NCBI GenBank assembly: GCA_964016885.1
Contig: CAXHJY010000010.1
Location: forward strand, 13,214-77,213
Reading direction: 5' to 3'
Origin: Eledone cirrhosa
Taxonomy: Eukaryota
Length of the DNA stretch: 64,000 nt
Shown here: positions 16,711-28,486 of the stretch, one piece after another
How the letters are laid out: each line of letters opens with the position of its first letter
Position numbering within the stretch: position 1 is the first letter of the stretch
Notes under the pieces: generated by a model
Told to the model about the DNA's origin: nothing
The model's database searches: none
Seen by the model: only the letters and a program-made list of their open reading frames with translations
Program-made: the position numbers and the translations under genes

Positions 16711-16920
16711 GCTAAGAAACTATTGCAACTATCGGAGAAACGTGCTAAGGTCAACTGCCAAGTCAACTTCCTAAAATGCTGCCTAAAAACAACTTAGTAC
16801 CCAAAATACACCTACCAACAAGCTTCCACCTGCCTAGCCTTAACAACCACTAAACTACTTACATACATTCTGACCACCTAATCCACCAACACACACAAAT
16901 CCTTTGAAACACTTCCTAAA
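16710..16920 (+). mobile_element. Possible Penelope-like ORF N-terminal fragment
   Basis: AKKLLQLSEKRAKVNCQVNFLKCCL-(frameshift)-NLVPK resembles the FLxxC....PK motif at PLE N-termini. Confidence 0.45.
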
Positions 16921-17413
16921 CTAACAGTAACTCCGGAGTCCCTGTTCAAAGAAACAACTGCAGCTATCGACCGGTAGTACAACCACCACCTCGTCAAACA
17001 GGAGCGAGAAACGCCCAAAGGCCATATCCTCACCATCAAATGTAGCGGATGTAAATACGTTACTAAATAAATTGCAAATTGTTGTTCCTCTTGTCATATC
17101 ACGTGAACCAGTAGTGAATATATCAACCCCATCACTGTCAACAAAGCCTAGTCTCAAACTGGATATTTCCATGGTGATTGAGATGATCTCATAATATATA
17201 TATTTTATGGTAAACATTTTTTTATGGTAAACTTAAACGATGCATTTATACACCCAAAATATGAGAGAAAACGTGACAGACGTGTAAACGTGACAACCGC
17301 ATAGACCTCTACATCCACAGACGGTTCTGTCATATTTTGTTTGTATAAATGTATCATTTACGTTAAAGTTTATCATTAAAATATTAACTGTTATATTACA
17401 TTACATTGCACAC

Positions 17414-17449
<36 letters not shown>

Positions 17450-18420
17450 ATATATATATATGTATATCTATTTTTCCATTTTGACGTTATAGTCACTTAT
17501 ATATTATGAAATACTGTTGGCTTCACGCTCACAACAATTTCTATACTTTCATTTATATGTATATATATATATATATATATATGGGAGAGAGAGAGAGAGA
17601 GAGATGCATATGCCAGATTGCGGGGTGGATACGATAACTGAGTGGTAGATGTTGGTGTCATATGCTAGAGGGGGTATTTCCTGTTAGGAATTGGTACTAA
17701 ATATATATGGTGCATGTCACTCATTTTATGGATAGGTTCATCTTTCGTTTATTTCACACAACTGAATTCGAAGTTAATAAATACCAGATTTATGATGAAC
17801 TGATATTACTCATGGAAATATGTGCATTTTAAAAAAACATAATACCCAATATATTGGAGTGTGTGTTCTATCTTTATATTGCTGTTAAGTGTCTGGGTTT
17901 TGAGAGAAATTGTTAATGATTCTGAGAATTGAAGCTAACATCATCTAGAATATCAGGGATTTAGTTCAATTTATTTTATAGGTGTACTCCCATGGGTAGT
18001 CACCAAACTACTCTTTACTTCGTATATTTATAGATATTCCCTTTTCCTAGACATACACAACTGGATCTGCTTGAGTTGTTGCTCTGCTAGTAAATATGGC
18101 TAGACCACAGTTTTCCTATATTTCAGTATTATATTTTTGTTTCCGATTTACACATATCGGTTACATACATCCTATTTACTATAAATACTATTCCATGAAA
18201 GTTGATTAAAAGAGAATGAAATCTTACATGTGCATGCATGCGAGCGAGAGGTGTTGTGGGTTTGTGTGGGTGTGCATATACAGCTATATAAAACATATAT
18301 ACATATGTGCTTAGATATATGTTCATGAAATTATATAAGAAATTATGGGAGAGTTATGCGTTTCAGTTATAAGGAGTGAGTTGCTTTAAAGTGATATAAG
18401 TATGAGTATATGCTTAAAGA

Positions 18421-18483
<63 letters not shown>

Positions 18484-18519
18484 AACTATATGTGTGATGT
18501 GTGTGTATATATGTATATA

Positions 18520-18554
<35 letters not shown>

Positions 18555-19868
18555 GTATATATGTATATGTGTGTGTAAATTTACACACACACACATACAC
18601 ACACCTTTATAAATTAACGTACACGCTGATTGAAATATTTATGTAGGTGTGTTTAGATATATCTGTTTTTGTTAGTAGTTATTTTAGAGTAAGTTTATAT
18701 AGTATCAAGTTTCCTCCGTCGCATCCTATAGTATTTTCAATTTGCATAAATACAGGTTTATTGATGCAGATAAAATATGAAATCTCTTTCCGTGTCTGGA
18801 ATAAATCATACTTAACATTTTACAAACTGCCTCCAGTGGGTGGCCATGGTGGCTAAGGAATTTAAAGTCTAAATATTTTTTGTTGAAAATTATATAAATG
18901 TTTCTATGAGTGTATTTATAAGGATAAGTCGACAGAGCATCAAGCAATACACTGAGATATCAGCAATTTGAGCTGCATAAGATGTAACAACCTAGCCATC
19001 ATGGAGCGTTTCATTGATTTGCAGTGGTGAATTCTTTCTCGTCAAATGAGTTGTGTACTTCTGATCTTACCAATAATTAAGAAATCTCACACATTGAGAG
19101 ATAACTTCCCGTGAAGAATAAAGTAAATAGGTGGGTAAACCTAACATTCTGTCTTGTTTAAAATTATCACCTGGTCAATGTGTATTATTGGCAGAGCTTA
19201 CTGTCTTATACGCAGACATTGACTGGGTATAAATTTCACCAGTCTGGAAGACATGCAAAGACGGTAGACACTCTGTCTCTTTTCTTGAATAACATATTCA
19301 AAAAATAAAGGTAGATGGAAGATCACTTCTCAAATGATTTTAGTTCCTCTGAAATAATGAGTTAGATTTTCATCATTAGACAATTATCATTAGATATATT
19401 CCACTCTCAGTATATTGAATACCATAGATCCTTATCTCGATCTTATTCTTGTCTGTAAACATTCATTGTAGTTTAAATCTAACCAATTCTGGATTTATCT
19501 TCTATCAATAGACTCTGTTATTTTTTTAATTTTTATGTGTCCGAAATATTTTAGTTTTACTCTTTGATGGTATTTAATTAAATTTTCGTAGTTTTGTGTT
19601 TTGCACATGATATTCTCAAAAGTCCTCCATATGTCCACATCACAAATTCTTCTAATCTATTTAACAATAATTTTTGTTAATGTCTATAATTCTGTTCTAT
19701 ATAGTAGAATGGGTCATACATATAATTCTAATAATCTTTTTCTAGGCTCAATATTTTGTCCCACAAACTAGCTGTTTATAGAGACTTTTGCTATAAGCTT
19801 TACGATAATTGGGATCTTGAAATAACTTAGTATTTAATTTCTTCCTCCTAACTTTAAGTTGGTGCTTG

Positions 19869-20057
19869 AGTGGATTGGCAGTATCGGTAGAAGGTCGGAC
19901 GCCATGCTTTGACGCATAGAGTTACGACCCTTGCCATTCCGAGTTCAAATCCCGCCGAGGTTAACTTTGCCTTTCATCCTTACGGGGTCGATAAAATAAA
20001 GTACCAGTAATGCACTGGGTAATTGCTGGCCTTGTGCCAAAAGTAGAAACAATTATT
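19869..20057 (+). mobile_element. tRNA-derived SINE
   Basis: Same A/B boxes, core and tail as 8361. Confidence 0.9.
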
Positions 20058-20806
20058 TCAATTATAATTTCGTTAAAACCCTTTTGTGGCCAGTCTGATG
20101 TGACGTGTACCTATTATATATATATATCGTCGCCGTGTAATCACAAATTCAATTAGACGCCAGTTCTTTGAAGCATGGTGCATCTTAAGGAATTTAGCAG
20201 AAAATTCATGTTAGTTAAAATGAGTTCGAACTACGAACATAGTTCTAGAAGTAACATTTCATTTTCGTTGTGTCCACCTACTGCATCTTTTCCGTTAATA
20301 TCTGGCCCTAATTCGCGGTCCTTCCAAACACGAGAATTCCCTAAATAGACTATAAGGAAAAACGACAGCGATTCAGAGAAAGCATCTGTATTTTCTTTAT
20401 CCCTCACAAGATCGAAAAACTAATGGTAGTAAGAAATTGACTGAACAACAGAAGAATAAAAAGATATTGTAAAATATTTATTTCTGTTTACCAAAACTGT
20501 TTTTGTGGTTAAACGAACGAACTCCTTTTTATACATGGGTGACCAGCCTGTCTTCCTTTCCAAAAGGTTTGATCGTAGCTATTCTTAATAATACCTTCGC
20601 AGTTAGTTATTTTAGTTTCAATGGTAAGCTGTTGACACTCATGAGCTCCTTTGTCCTTTGGCGAGTTTTGCTTTTATCTCGTGGAGTAACGAAACATTAC
20701 CTGCCCCACCAAGCAGACTTGGCGGGGTTGACCCGGCTATGCAACAGGTCGTAGTGGGTTACACATTGCCAATAGCACACAAGAGATACCTGACATATAG
20801 ACGCAC

Positions 20807-20879
<73 letters not shown>

Positions 20880-21320
20880 CTAGACCTGAAAAATGCTCAA
20901 GCTCAAAAGAGCCACAGAATGTTATAATAAACCTTCAAAAGTGTGGGACTAGAGTTGTTGCTCAAAAATATTGTAATCATTAACTACCGTACACTCTGTG
21001 GTATCCTTTTATAAAAAAGAGACTCATAACGAACTCAAGACGACACGATAATTATTTAAGTGAATTTATAATATAGAATTCGGTTTAAGTGAATTTCGTA
21101 TTAATCATTACTAAACATATATGAGATATTGAACATTAGCTTAAATAATTATCGTGTCGTCTTGAGTTCGTTATGAGTCTCTTTTTTATAAAAGGATGCC
21201 ACAGAGTGTACGATAGATAATGATTACAATATTTTTGAGAAACAACTCTAGTCCCACACTTTTGAAGGTTTATTATAACATTCTGTAGTTCTTTTGAGCT
21301 TGCGCATTTTTCAGGTCTAG
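20880..21320. repeat. Long inverted repeat (about 180-bp arms, 80-bp spacer)
   Basis: 20880-21060 is the near-perfect reverse complement of 21140-21320; abuts a (CA)n(TA)n tract. Confidence 0.9.
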
Positions 21321-21959
21321 TTTAATATTTTTTTAAGGCAACGCTTGTAGTAACTCTAGTTAAACATGATATATATTAATAATACATTATCGTTGTAATG
21401 TAATTAGATTATATAATTGTTATTTTATAAATTATCTTATAAATATTATTGTAAGATGTATAAAAATATTTTCAGACTTTTAATAGTTAATATAAATTTT
21501 AAAAATCATATATAAATTAACAATATAACTTACCAAAGCGAGAAAAATATTTTGATGATAAACGACGAAATACTGGAAGAAGATTCGAAAGCGAAATGAT
21601 AAATAAACGTGCAAACAAAGTGGCTGATGCTTTTTAGCAACAATTACTCTCGTTGGTTGATTAGCCAATAAGACGATGAAATTAGCCAATAAGACGATAC
21701 ATTACAAAAGATGTTTGGGAGGGATCACCACGGCCAGCGATTCCCCTTGAATTTTTTATTCACAAGCTACGCATGTATGCCATCAGACACGCAGACTTAG
21801 AACATTCTGTTGTTAGTCACTACGTGTCTAACATATATATATATATTATTCAAATAAAACAACGTTGGATGATCAATTAATTGACCGAGAGTATTGTAAA
21901 CAGACTTAAAGCACTCCCCGATGTGGCTCACTTATTGTAATATCAATAAGGTATCAGAC

Positions 21960-22147
21960 GGATTGGCAGTATCGGTAGAGAGTCGGACGCTATGCTTTGC
22001 ACCATAGAGTTACGGCCCTTTTCGGTCTCGGTTCAAATCCCGCCGCGGTTAACTTTGCTTTTCATCGCTACGGGGTCGATAAAGTAAAGCACCAGTAATG
22101 CACTGGGATAATTGCTAGCCTTGTGCCAAAAGTAGAAACAATTATTA
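21960..22147 (+). mobile_element. tRNA-derived SINE
   Basis: Same family as 8361. Confidence 0.9.
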
Positions 22148-23349
22148 TGAAGAAGAGAGATGGTTTTAAGTATACATCTTCAGTTTATTATATAATCCTG
22201 TTATACATATTTCAAAGACATCAAAGTGATTGCATAATAACCCTTTGACGTATTTTCATCAGACAGGTGTTAAGTTGTAATGGCTTTATTTTTGATATAG
22301 TAGTTAGGAATACGATGATAGTAGTCCCACTGCAAGTAAGCATATGATATACATAACGGTATTCGTTGGCAAGCAAGGTGTGGGAGAACCCTTGTTAAAA
22401 ATCTGGGGATGGCCTTAGACTAAGGTGTCAAATTACCAAGTGGGTCAGACGCTACGGTTTACATCGGTTAAATAATTAGTATAATTAATTAATTAGTCTG
22501 ATTAATTAATTAATTCATTTATTTATTTTCATGTTTGCTGGCGCCGTATTCAGATTCCAAGGTTATAAAGTTTCTCTGTGGTGTATATTGAGTGTGCGTG
22601 TGTTGTGGATGGGTGCGGTATTCTGGCATTTTGGTGACCGTTTGTTCTAGGTTTAATAAAAGATGTGTGAATCTGTACACATGCACCCTCATACCCCTAG
22701 ACAACATGAGTGAGTACACATAGATGCATGGATATATACCACAAGAATATATCTACACATATATACACATCACAGAATACACAGATATATACAAGTAATA
22801 TATGAAAGTAATATAGAAAAAAGTAATATATATATTCATGTTATATCAAGTAATGTAGTGGATATTTCTATAGCCCATTGTTGCATACAGAATGCAAGCA
22901 TACTGGTGCCGGTAGATTGTGCATTGTGCATTATCATATTGTATATGAATTAGTTTTTGGTATCCTATGCTCCAGGAAAATACGATATTTTTATGTAAAA
23001 TAACAAGCTTGCTGGAGATTCTCATTTGCATATGTAGCGAGATAATTGACTTGCTAGGATTAATTATTATAGTATTAACATTAACATAGTGTATTTTCAC
23101 ACACATACATATATATGTATATATAACTTTTCATATATTTATGGGAATATTCTATTTTATAGTGGCAATCTAAACTTGACATAGGGTACAAAAAAAAAAT
23201 ACAGGGAAGAACTAAATATTAAATATAGTAACAAGGTCAAAAGCAGAGGTTTGAAGTTTCACTAATGTTTTGAGCTTGGAGGATGACGGGCATGTAGCAT
23301 TTTAAGATGAGGAACTGCGTGTCTGCTGAATCAAGTTATTGGGGAGGAA

Positions 23350-23740
23350 ACGTGTATTGGAATTGATGTAATTGTAGCAGAGTTCATCTTGAGAAAATAG
23401 GGCGTGTGTAGTTGAAAGAGGGAGGACACACTCATTGCCAAAGGCAAAAAAAAAGAGAAAAACGAAATTTATTTTCATATAAATGGCAGACAAGATGTGG
23501 CGTGCGTAAAAGAAGTTTGCTGATGTATGACCTTTAAAAAATAGCACCGAATCTACAGCAATTGAAGAGAAAACATTTGTGTATGGTACATTGGGTGTGT
23601 TGCATTAATGTCCAAGAAATTTGAGCGTGGGAGAATTAAGTAAATATTAAGCCACCAAGGCTGGATATTTGAAGGAGAGATGCCAATAGCAATGTGTAAA
23701 TAAAATTCAAGTGGTTCATACATACACGGTGAAAAGTGTT
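23350..23740 (-). mobile_element. Highly decayed Penelope-like GIY-YIG endonuclease remnant
   Basis: Frame-shifted motifs TVYV*TT, HLSFKYP, ISWTLMQ, CHLYENKF, DELCYN occur in the same order as in the 35087 copy. Confidence 0.5.
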
Positions 23741-24084
23741 GTCGTAGAAGATGCAAATAAAAGTAGTTTAACGATGATTCAGATTGTAGTTAAGAATGTT
23801 GGAATACAGGATCAAGATGGTACAAGACTGAATCAAAAGGAAAAATGAAATATAGTAGAACATTCAACACGTTAGCGTTGGAAAATGTATTTTAAAATTA
23901 TTGATTTGTAGTAGTGGCACAATAACACATAGTTTTATAAAGGGCATTGTCAATTAAATTTCACCAGTCCTTGAATAGTATTTCGTATTAACAACTCCGA
24001 AAGAATGAAAGGTAAAATTGACGTTAGTATAATTTGAACTCAGAATGTAAAGGCCAGCAACTTAAATTTTCGAGAAACTCAGAT

Positions 24085-24144
<60 letters not shown>

Positions 24145-24389
24145 CACATGTATATATATATATTTATATATATAGTAATAATAATAAATTTGAAGACTAA
24201 AATCCAAAGAGGGCTCGATAAGGATAAATATATATCAAATATATAAGAACAGCGATTTTTGCTTAAACTTTAATCTGTTATTTTAATAAATATATATATA
24301 TATAATGGAAAAATTTGAACAGGAACAAAACAGAGGCAGTACAACGAATGTTTATTAATTTCACGCTCTGGAGAGTGGGGTGGTGGTGG

Positions 24390-24428
24390 GGACGACGTTT
24401 CGGGCATAAGCCCTTCCTCAGGTGAGAA
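24390..24428 (-). ncRNA. Minimal hammerhead-like motif of PLE-end type
   Basis: CUGAGGA-A-GGGC-UUAU-GCCC-GAAAC-GUC; palindromic ACGU stem III; stem I only about 2 bp; AATAAA downstream. Confidence 0.55.
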
Positions 24429-25202
24429 GTGTGTGGGAACAGAGTTCAAAGGGTGTGTAGGGGAGTGGTGGAGAGACATATAGCGAAAGGAAACGGTGCG
24501 AATGAAATTAAAAATAAAAATAAAGCATGATCAAAATACAAGGAATGAAATAAAATTAAATATAAAAGCATGATTAAAATAAACTGAAATTAAAAAGGGG
24601 TAAAACAGGTGGTGGAAGGGAGTGGGGAGAGGGAGACGGGGTGTCCGAGCGGGGAGGGCTGAAGGTGGTGTGTGTGTGTAGGTGTACATGTGTGTGTGTG
24701 TGTGTATGTGAAAGTAAGGGTTGGGGGAAGAACGGGGTTGCATGTTCTGGAAGATGTGTGTGTGTGGGGGGGGGGGGGGGGTTGTAGGTCGGAGTGTCTG
24801 TGCGTATGTGGATAGAGGGGTGGGGGGAGAGGAATCAGGAGGCTGAGGGTGTAAATATGTGGTGGAAAGCACGTGTGTGGGGGGTTTAAGCGTGTTGTGG
24901 GTGTAGGCGGCGTGTGGGAGAAAAACATTTTTGGGGTGTGTGTGTGGGTGAGTTATATAGGTGATTCCGTAAGAGGATGGTTGAAATGTTGGTAAATTCC
25001 TATGATGTTTAGTAGATTCCGTGGTGGTCAAGTTCCACATAAGAGTATTCCATGAAGAGATGGTCGGAAGAGGAGAGTAGGAGGTAAGTTTTATTGTAGT
25101 ACAATAAAGCAATGCAGATATCGGATAAGAAGCACTCTACAGTTTGTAGGACTGGAGTATACATAATATATAAGATCAAAAGATGGTTAAAAGAGTTCCA
25201 TG

Positions 25203-25273
25203 TATTTTATTATGCGCATTTCAAAACCAAATATCATCATGCAATAACATTTGTGTTTTCATCAGATAAAATA
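25203..25273 (-). ncRNA. Type I hammerhead ribozyme, intact
   Basis: UAUUUUAU-CUGAUGA-long stem II-GAAA-U-GCGC-A-UA-AUAAAAUA: 8-bp stem I, palindromic AUGCGCAU stem III, AUA triplet. Confidence 0.85.
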
Positions 25274-25375
25274 GGAAGACATGATATGAAGGTTAAAAAC
25301 ACTTGTGGATAGTGCAGATGTTGATTTAAAACTGCACTATCCACAAGTGTTTTTAACCTTCATATCATGTCTTCC

Positions 25376-25446
25376 TATTTTATCTGATGAAAACACAAAT
25401 GTTATTGCATGATGATATTTGTTTTTGAAATACGCATAATAAAATA
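25376..25446 (+). ncRNA. Type I hammerhead ribozyme (mirror copy)
   Basis: Same motif on the other hairpin arm; stem III loop ACGC breaks the palindrome. Confidence 0.75.
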
Positions 25447-25494
25447 CATGGAACTTTTTTAACCATTTGATCTTATATATATATATATATATAT

Positions 25495-25577
<83 letters not shown>

Positions 25578-25768
25578 CAGAGCAAACAGCACGGACACTC
25601 TATCTCAAAATTATTTTTGAAAAGCATTTAGAAATGCGCAACTGGTAAACACTTAAAAACTTAAAACCACAACTGAATACTAACCCATACAATCACTAAT
25701 ACTCTTTTATTCCTAATTAAACCATTTTTCAACTGTGAACAATTTGTCAGCATTTTCTATTCCGTTTA

Positions 25769-25843
<75 letters not shown>

Positions 25844-25914
25844 AATAAATACTGCCTGCTGGATAAGTGGAGTGTTATACACCCCTGATCCTTTCCCTAG
25901 CATACTATATATAT

Positions 25915-25968
25915 ATATATATTTCAAGGGTTCCAAAAATTTTGGTACGCTATCATCAGATAAAATAC
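25915..25968 (-). ncRNA. Truncated hammerhead motif ending in (TA)n
   Basis: UAUUUUAU-CUGAUGA-stem II-GAAA then (UA)8 and unrelated DNA; same family as 34175. Confidence 0.6.
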
Positions 25969-26036
25969 GAAGTGTGTTTTATAAATGTTGATATAACCAA
26001 GGAGAATATACATTAACGGTTCAAGTTATCCCTGGA

Positions 26037-26080
<44 letters not shown>

Positions 26081-26083
<3 letters not shown>

Positions 26084-26574
26084 ATAAATATTTCGTATCT
26101 CCAAAGAAATACAGGTTTAGGAAGCCGTAACTATGCAAACACCGGGGGGCTAACGCCCTCTGGTGATGTCCAGCAGAAGCAAGGGGGACAACCGTCTATG
26201 CATTTTAGACTTAACTGGCCTTCGTCAGGACGGTCCCTCCCACCGCTTGCGACTGCTGGACTAGAAGACAGCTGAGAATATATACTTTTCTCGTCTGTGT
26301 AAATGACGTGATTAATCTCATTTGCATATGAAGCTGCATAAGTTGGCTCAACTTATAATAAAAAATGAGATTAATCACCTCATTTACACAGACGAGAAAA
26401 GTATATATGCTCAGCTGTCTTCTAGTCCAGCAGTCGCTGAAATGCATAGACGGTTGTCCCTCTTGCTTCTGCTGGACATCACCAGAGGGCGTCAGCCGCC
26501 CTCCGCCCCCCGATGTTTGCATAGCTACGGCTTCCTAAAACTGTATTTCTTGGGAGATACGAAATATTTATACA
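26081..26574. repeat. Fold-back hairpin (about 210-240-bp arms) between (TA)n tracts
   Basis: 26081-26322 is the reverse complement of 26363-26574, except about 40 nt absent from the right arm. Confidence 0.92.
26192..26233 (-). ncRNA. Type I hammerhead motif (G12 mutated in this arm)
   Basis: CCGUC-CUGACGA-AGGC-caguuaa-GUCU-aAAA-UGCA-UA-GACGG; the other arm keeps GAAAUGCAUAGACGG. Confidence 0.72.
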
Positions 26575-26612
26575 TATTATATAAAGCTATGCTTGAAGCG
26601 AAATCCTATTTC

Positions 26613-26660
<48 letters not shown>

Positions 26661-26727
26661 GGTAAAAAGTGGTTAACACAGATAAACGGTACAGTACGGT
26701 TTATTTCTAGCATTTACATAATTCAAT

Positions 26728-26834
<107 letters not shown>

Positions 26835-26889
26835 GGTGTGGGTGTGTATATATATATATAACATTGATAACTTTGATAGGTTTCGATCA

Positions 26890-28130
26890 GTATTGGCCCA
26901 GGACATGTCTAACTTAATAGCACCACCTGGCGAAGTCTTTCAAATTAGGATTTGGACACCATAGCTCACTCAAATAGAGAGTTATTGTTTACAGAGACAT
27001 ATCCGAGTATAGGAGGTTTATCTGGGATTTCTTGGAGGAATTTGTCCAAAGACGTTTTGAATTTTATGTGGTCTGTTTGTTTTAATGTGTTTTGGTGTAA
27101 TGCTAGAGAGAGCGGTCCCGTATTATTGTCATGAGATGCGAGTGTAATTTTTGTTGTGGGCGGATAAGCACGAGGCCTAAGCATTGGGTGTAGTTTAAAG
27201 ATGATGCTAACATGATTTGGGCAATGCTGATGAAATATGTTACACATCATGCAAATAATGTAGCGATTACGGCGGCGTTGAAGAGAATCAAGTTTGAGCT
27301 TTTCTAGTCGACCCCAATAGTGATTGACCTGAGAGGAGCTTTAATTTTCATGATACTTTGTTTCGTATGGGGAGACCACAGTGGACCACAGTACTCAAGG
27401 TGGAGTCGGGTATAACTGGAGAAGGGAAGGATAATAGTGTGGCTATCTCTCGACTGGAAAGTTCTGAGAATCCAGGAAAACATTCTGTGGGCCATGTCAA
27501 CTTTGCTGTTTATATGAGTGGCCCAGCTTGTGCAGTGGTTCTAAGAACAATGCTGCTTTGCAGATGATCAATGCAAATTGACAATGGAAAGGCGCTTCCG
27601 CCCGAGTTAGAAGAGAACTATTGACCTTCAAGAGAAGCAACGACCCCTGATTGTATTCAGCAACCGAAACAAATATGAAGTACACCAAATCCAATGCTTC
27701 TAGGGGCGGCCCTGGTTCTTCTTATTTGCGAATGTAAACTCGGCTAGATTAGATTAGATTAACTTATGTTGTTGTGCACAATTACTCCCAAGTCTCTGAT
27801 GTTGTAGGATGCAACGAGAGTCTCACCTGAAGGAAGGGTGTATGGGAGTTTCAGCGTATCCTCTTTTCCAAAGTGGATTAACTGAAATTTATCCTCGTTG
27901 AGCAGCATATTCTTCTTTTCCTCCCATTGGATAACAGCCAGTAGATCTGATTGGAGGTATATCCGGTCACCCACACCATTGATGACTTTCTGGAGCTTGG
28001 AATCATCTCCGAAGATTCCTATGCTGCTGTCCTTGATGATGTCAGTAATGTCATTAATAAAGACAATGAAATGAAGTGGGCCCAACAATGTGTCTTATGG
28101 GACACCACTACTGACTTTAGCTGGGCTGGA
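26890..28130 (-). mobile_element. CR1/L2-group LINE RT fragment
   Basis: VPQDTLLGPLHFIVFINDI...IFGDDSKL...RDLGVIV...LEYCGPLWSP...FKTSLDKFLQEIPDKP. Confidence 0.88.
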
Positions 28131-28140
28131 TTGTACTCTA

Positions 28141-28238
<98 letters not shown>

Positions 28239-28257
28239 ACCCACACACCCACACACC

Positions 28258-28321
<64 letters not shown>

Positions 28322-28486
28322 AGTATAAATATGGTGAGTAATATCAATTACATATATTACCCAATTACATATATTACCCAATTACATATATGAATATAGC
28401 TCGATGTAATATATCAAGTAAAATACACACAGAGCCGAAATACAATGTAAATAATAATCAAAGAGTATTTAATTTTTGAAACATTT

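Larger units (their letters stand above)
25168..25480. repeat. Fold-back hairpin (about 150-bp arms, 14-nt loop) of a PLE terminal repeat
   Basis: 25168-25317 is the reverse complement of 25332-25480; same family as 46548-46712. Confidence 0.92.
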
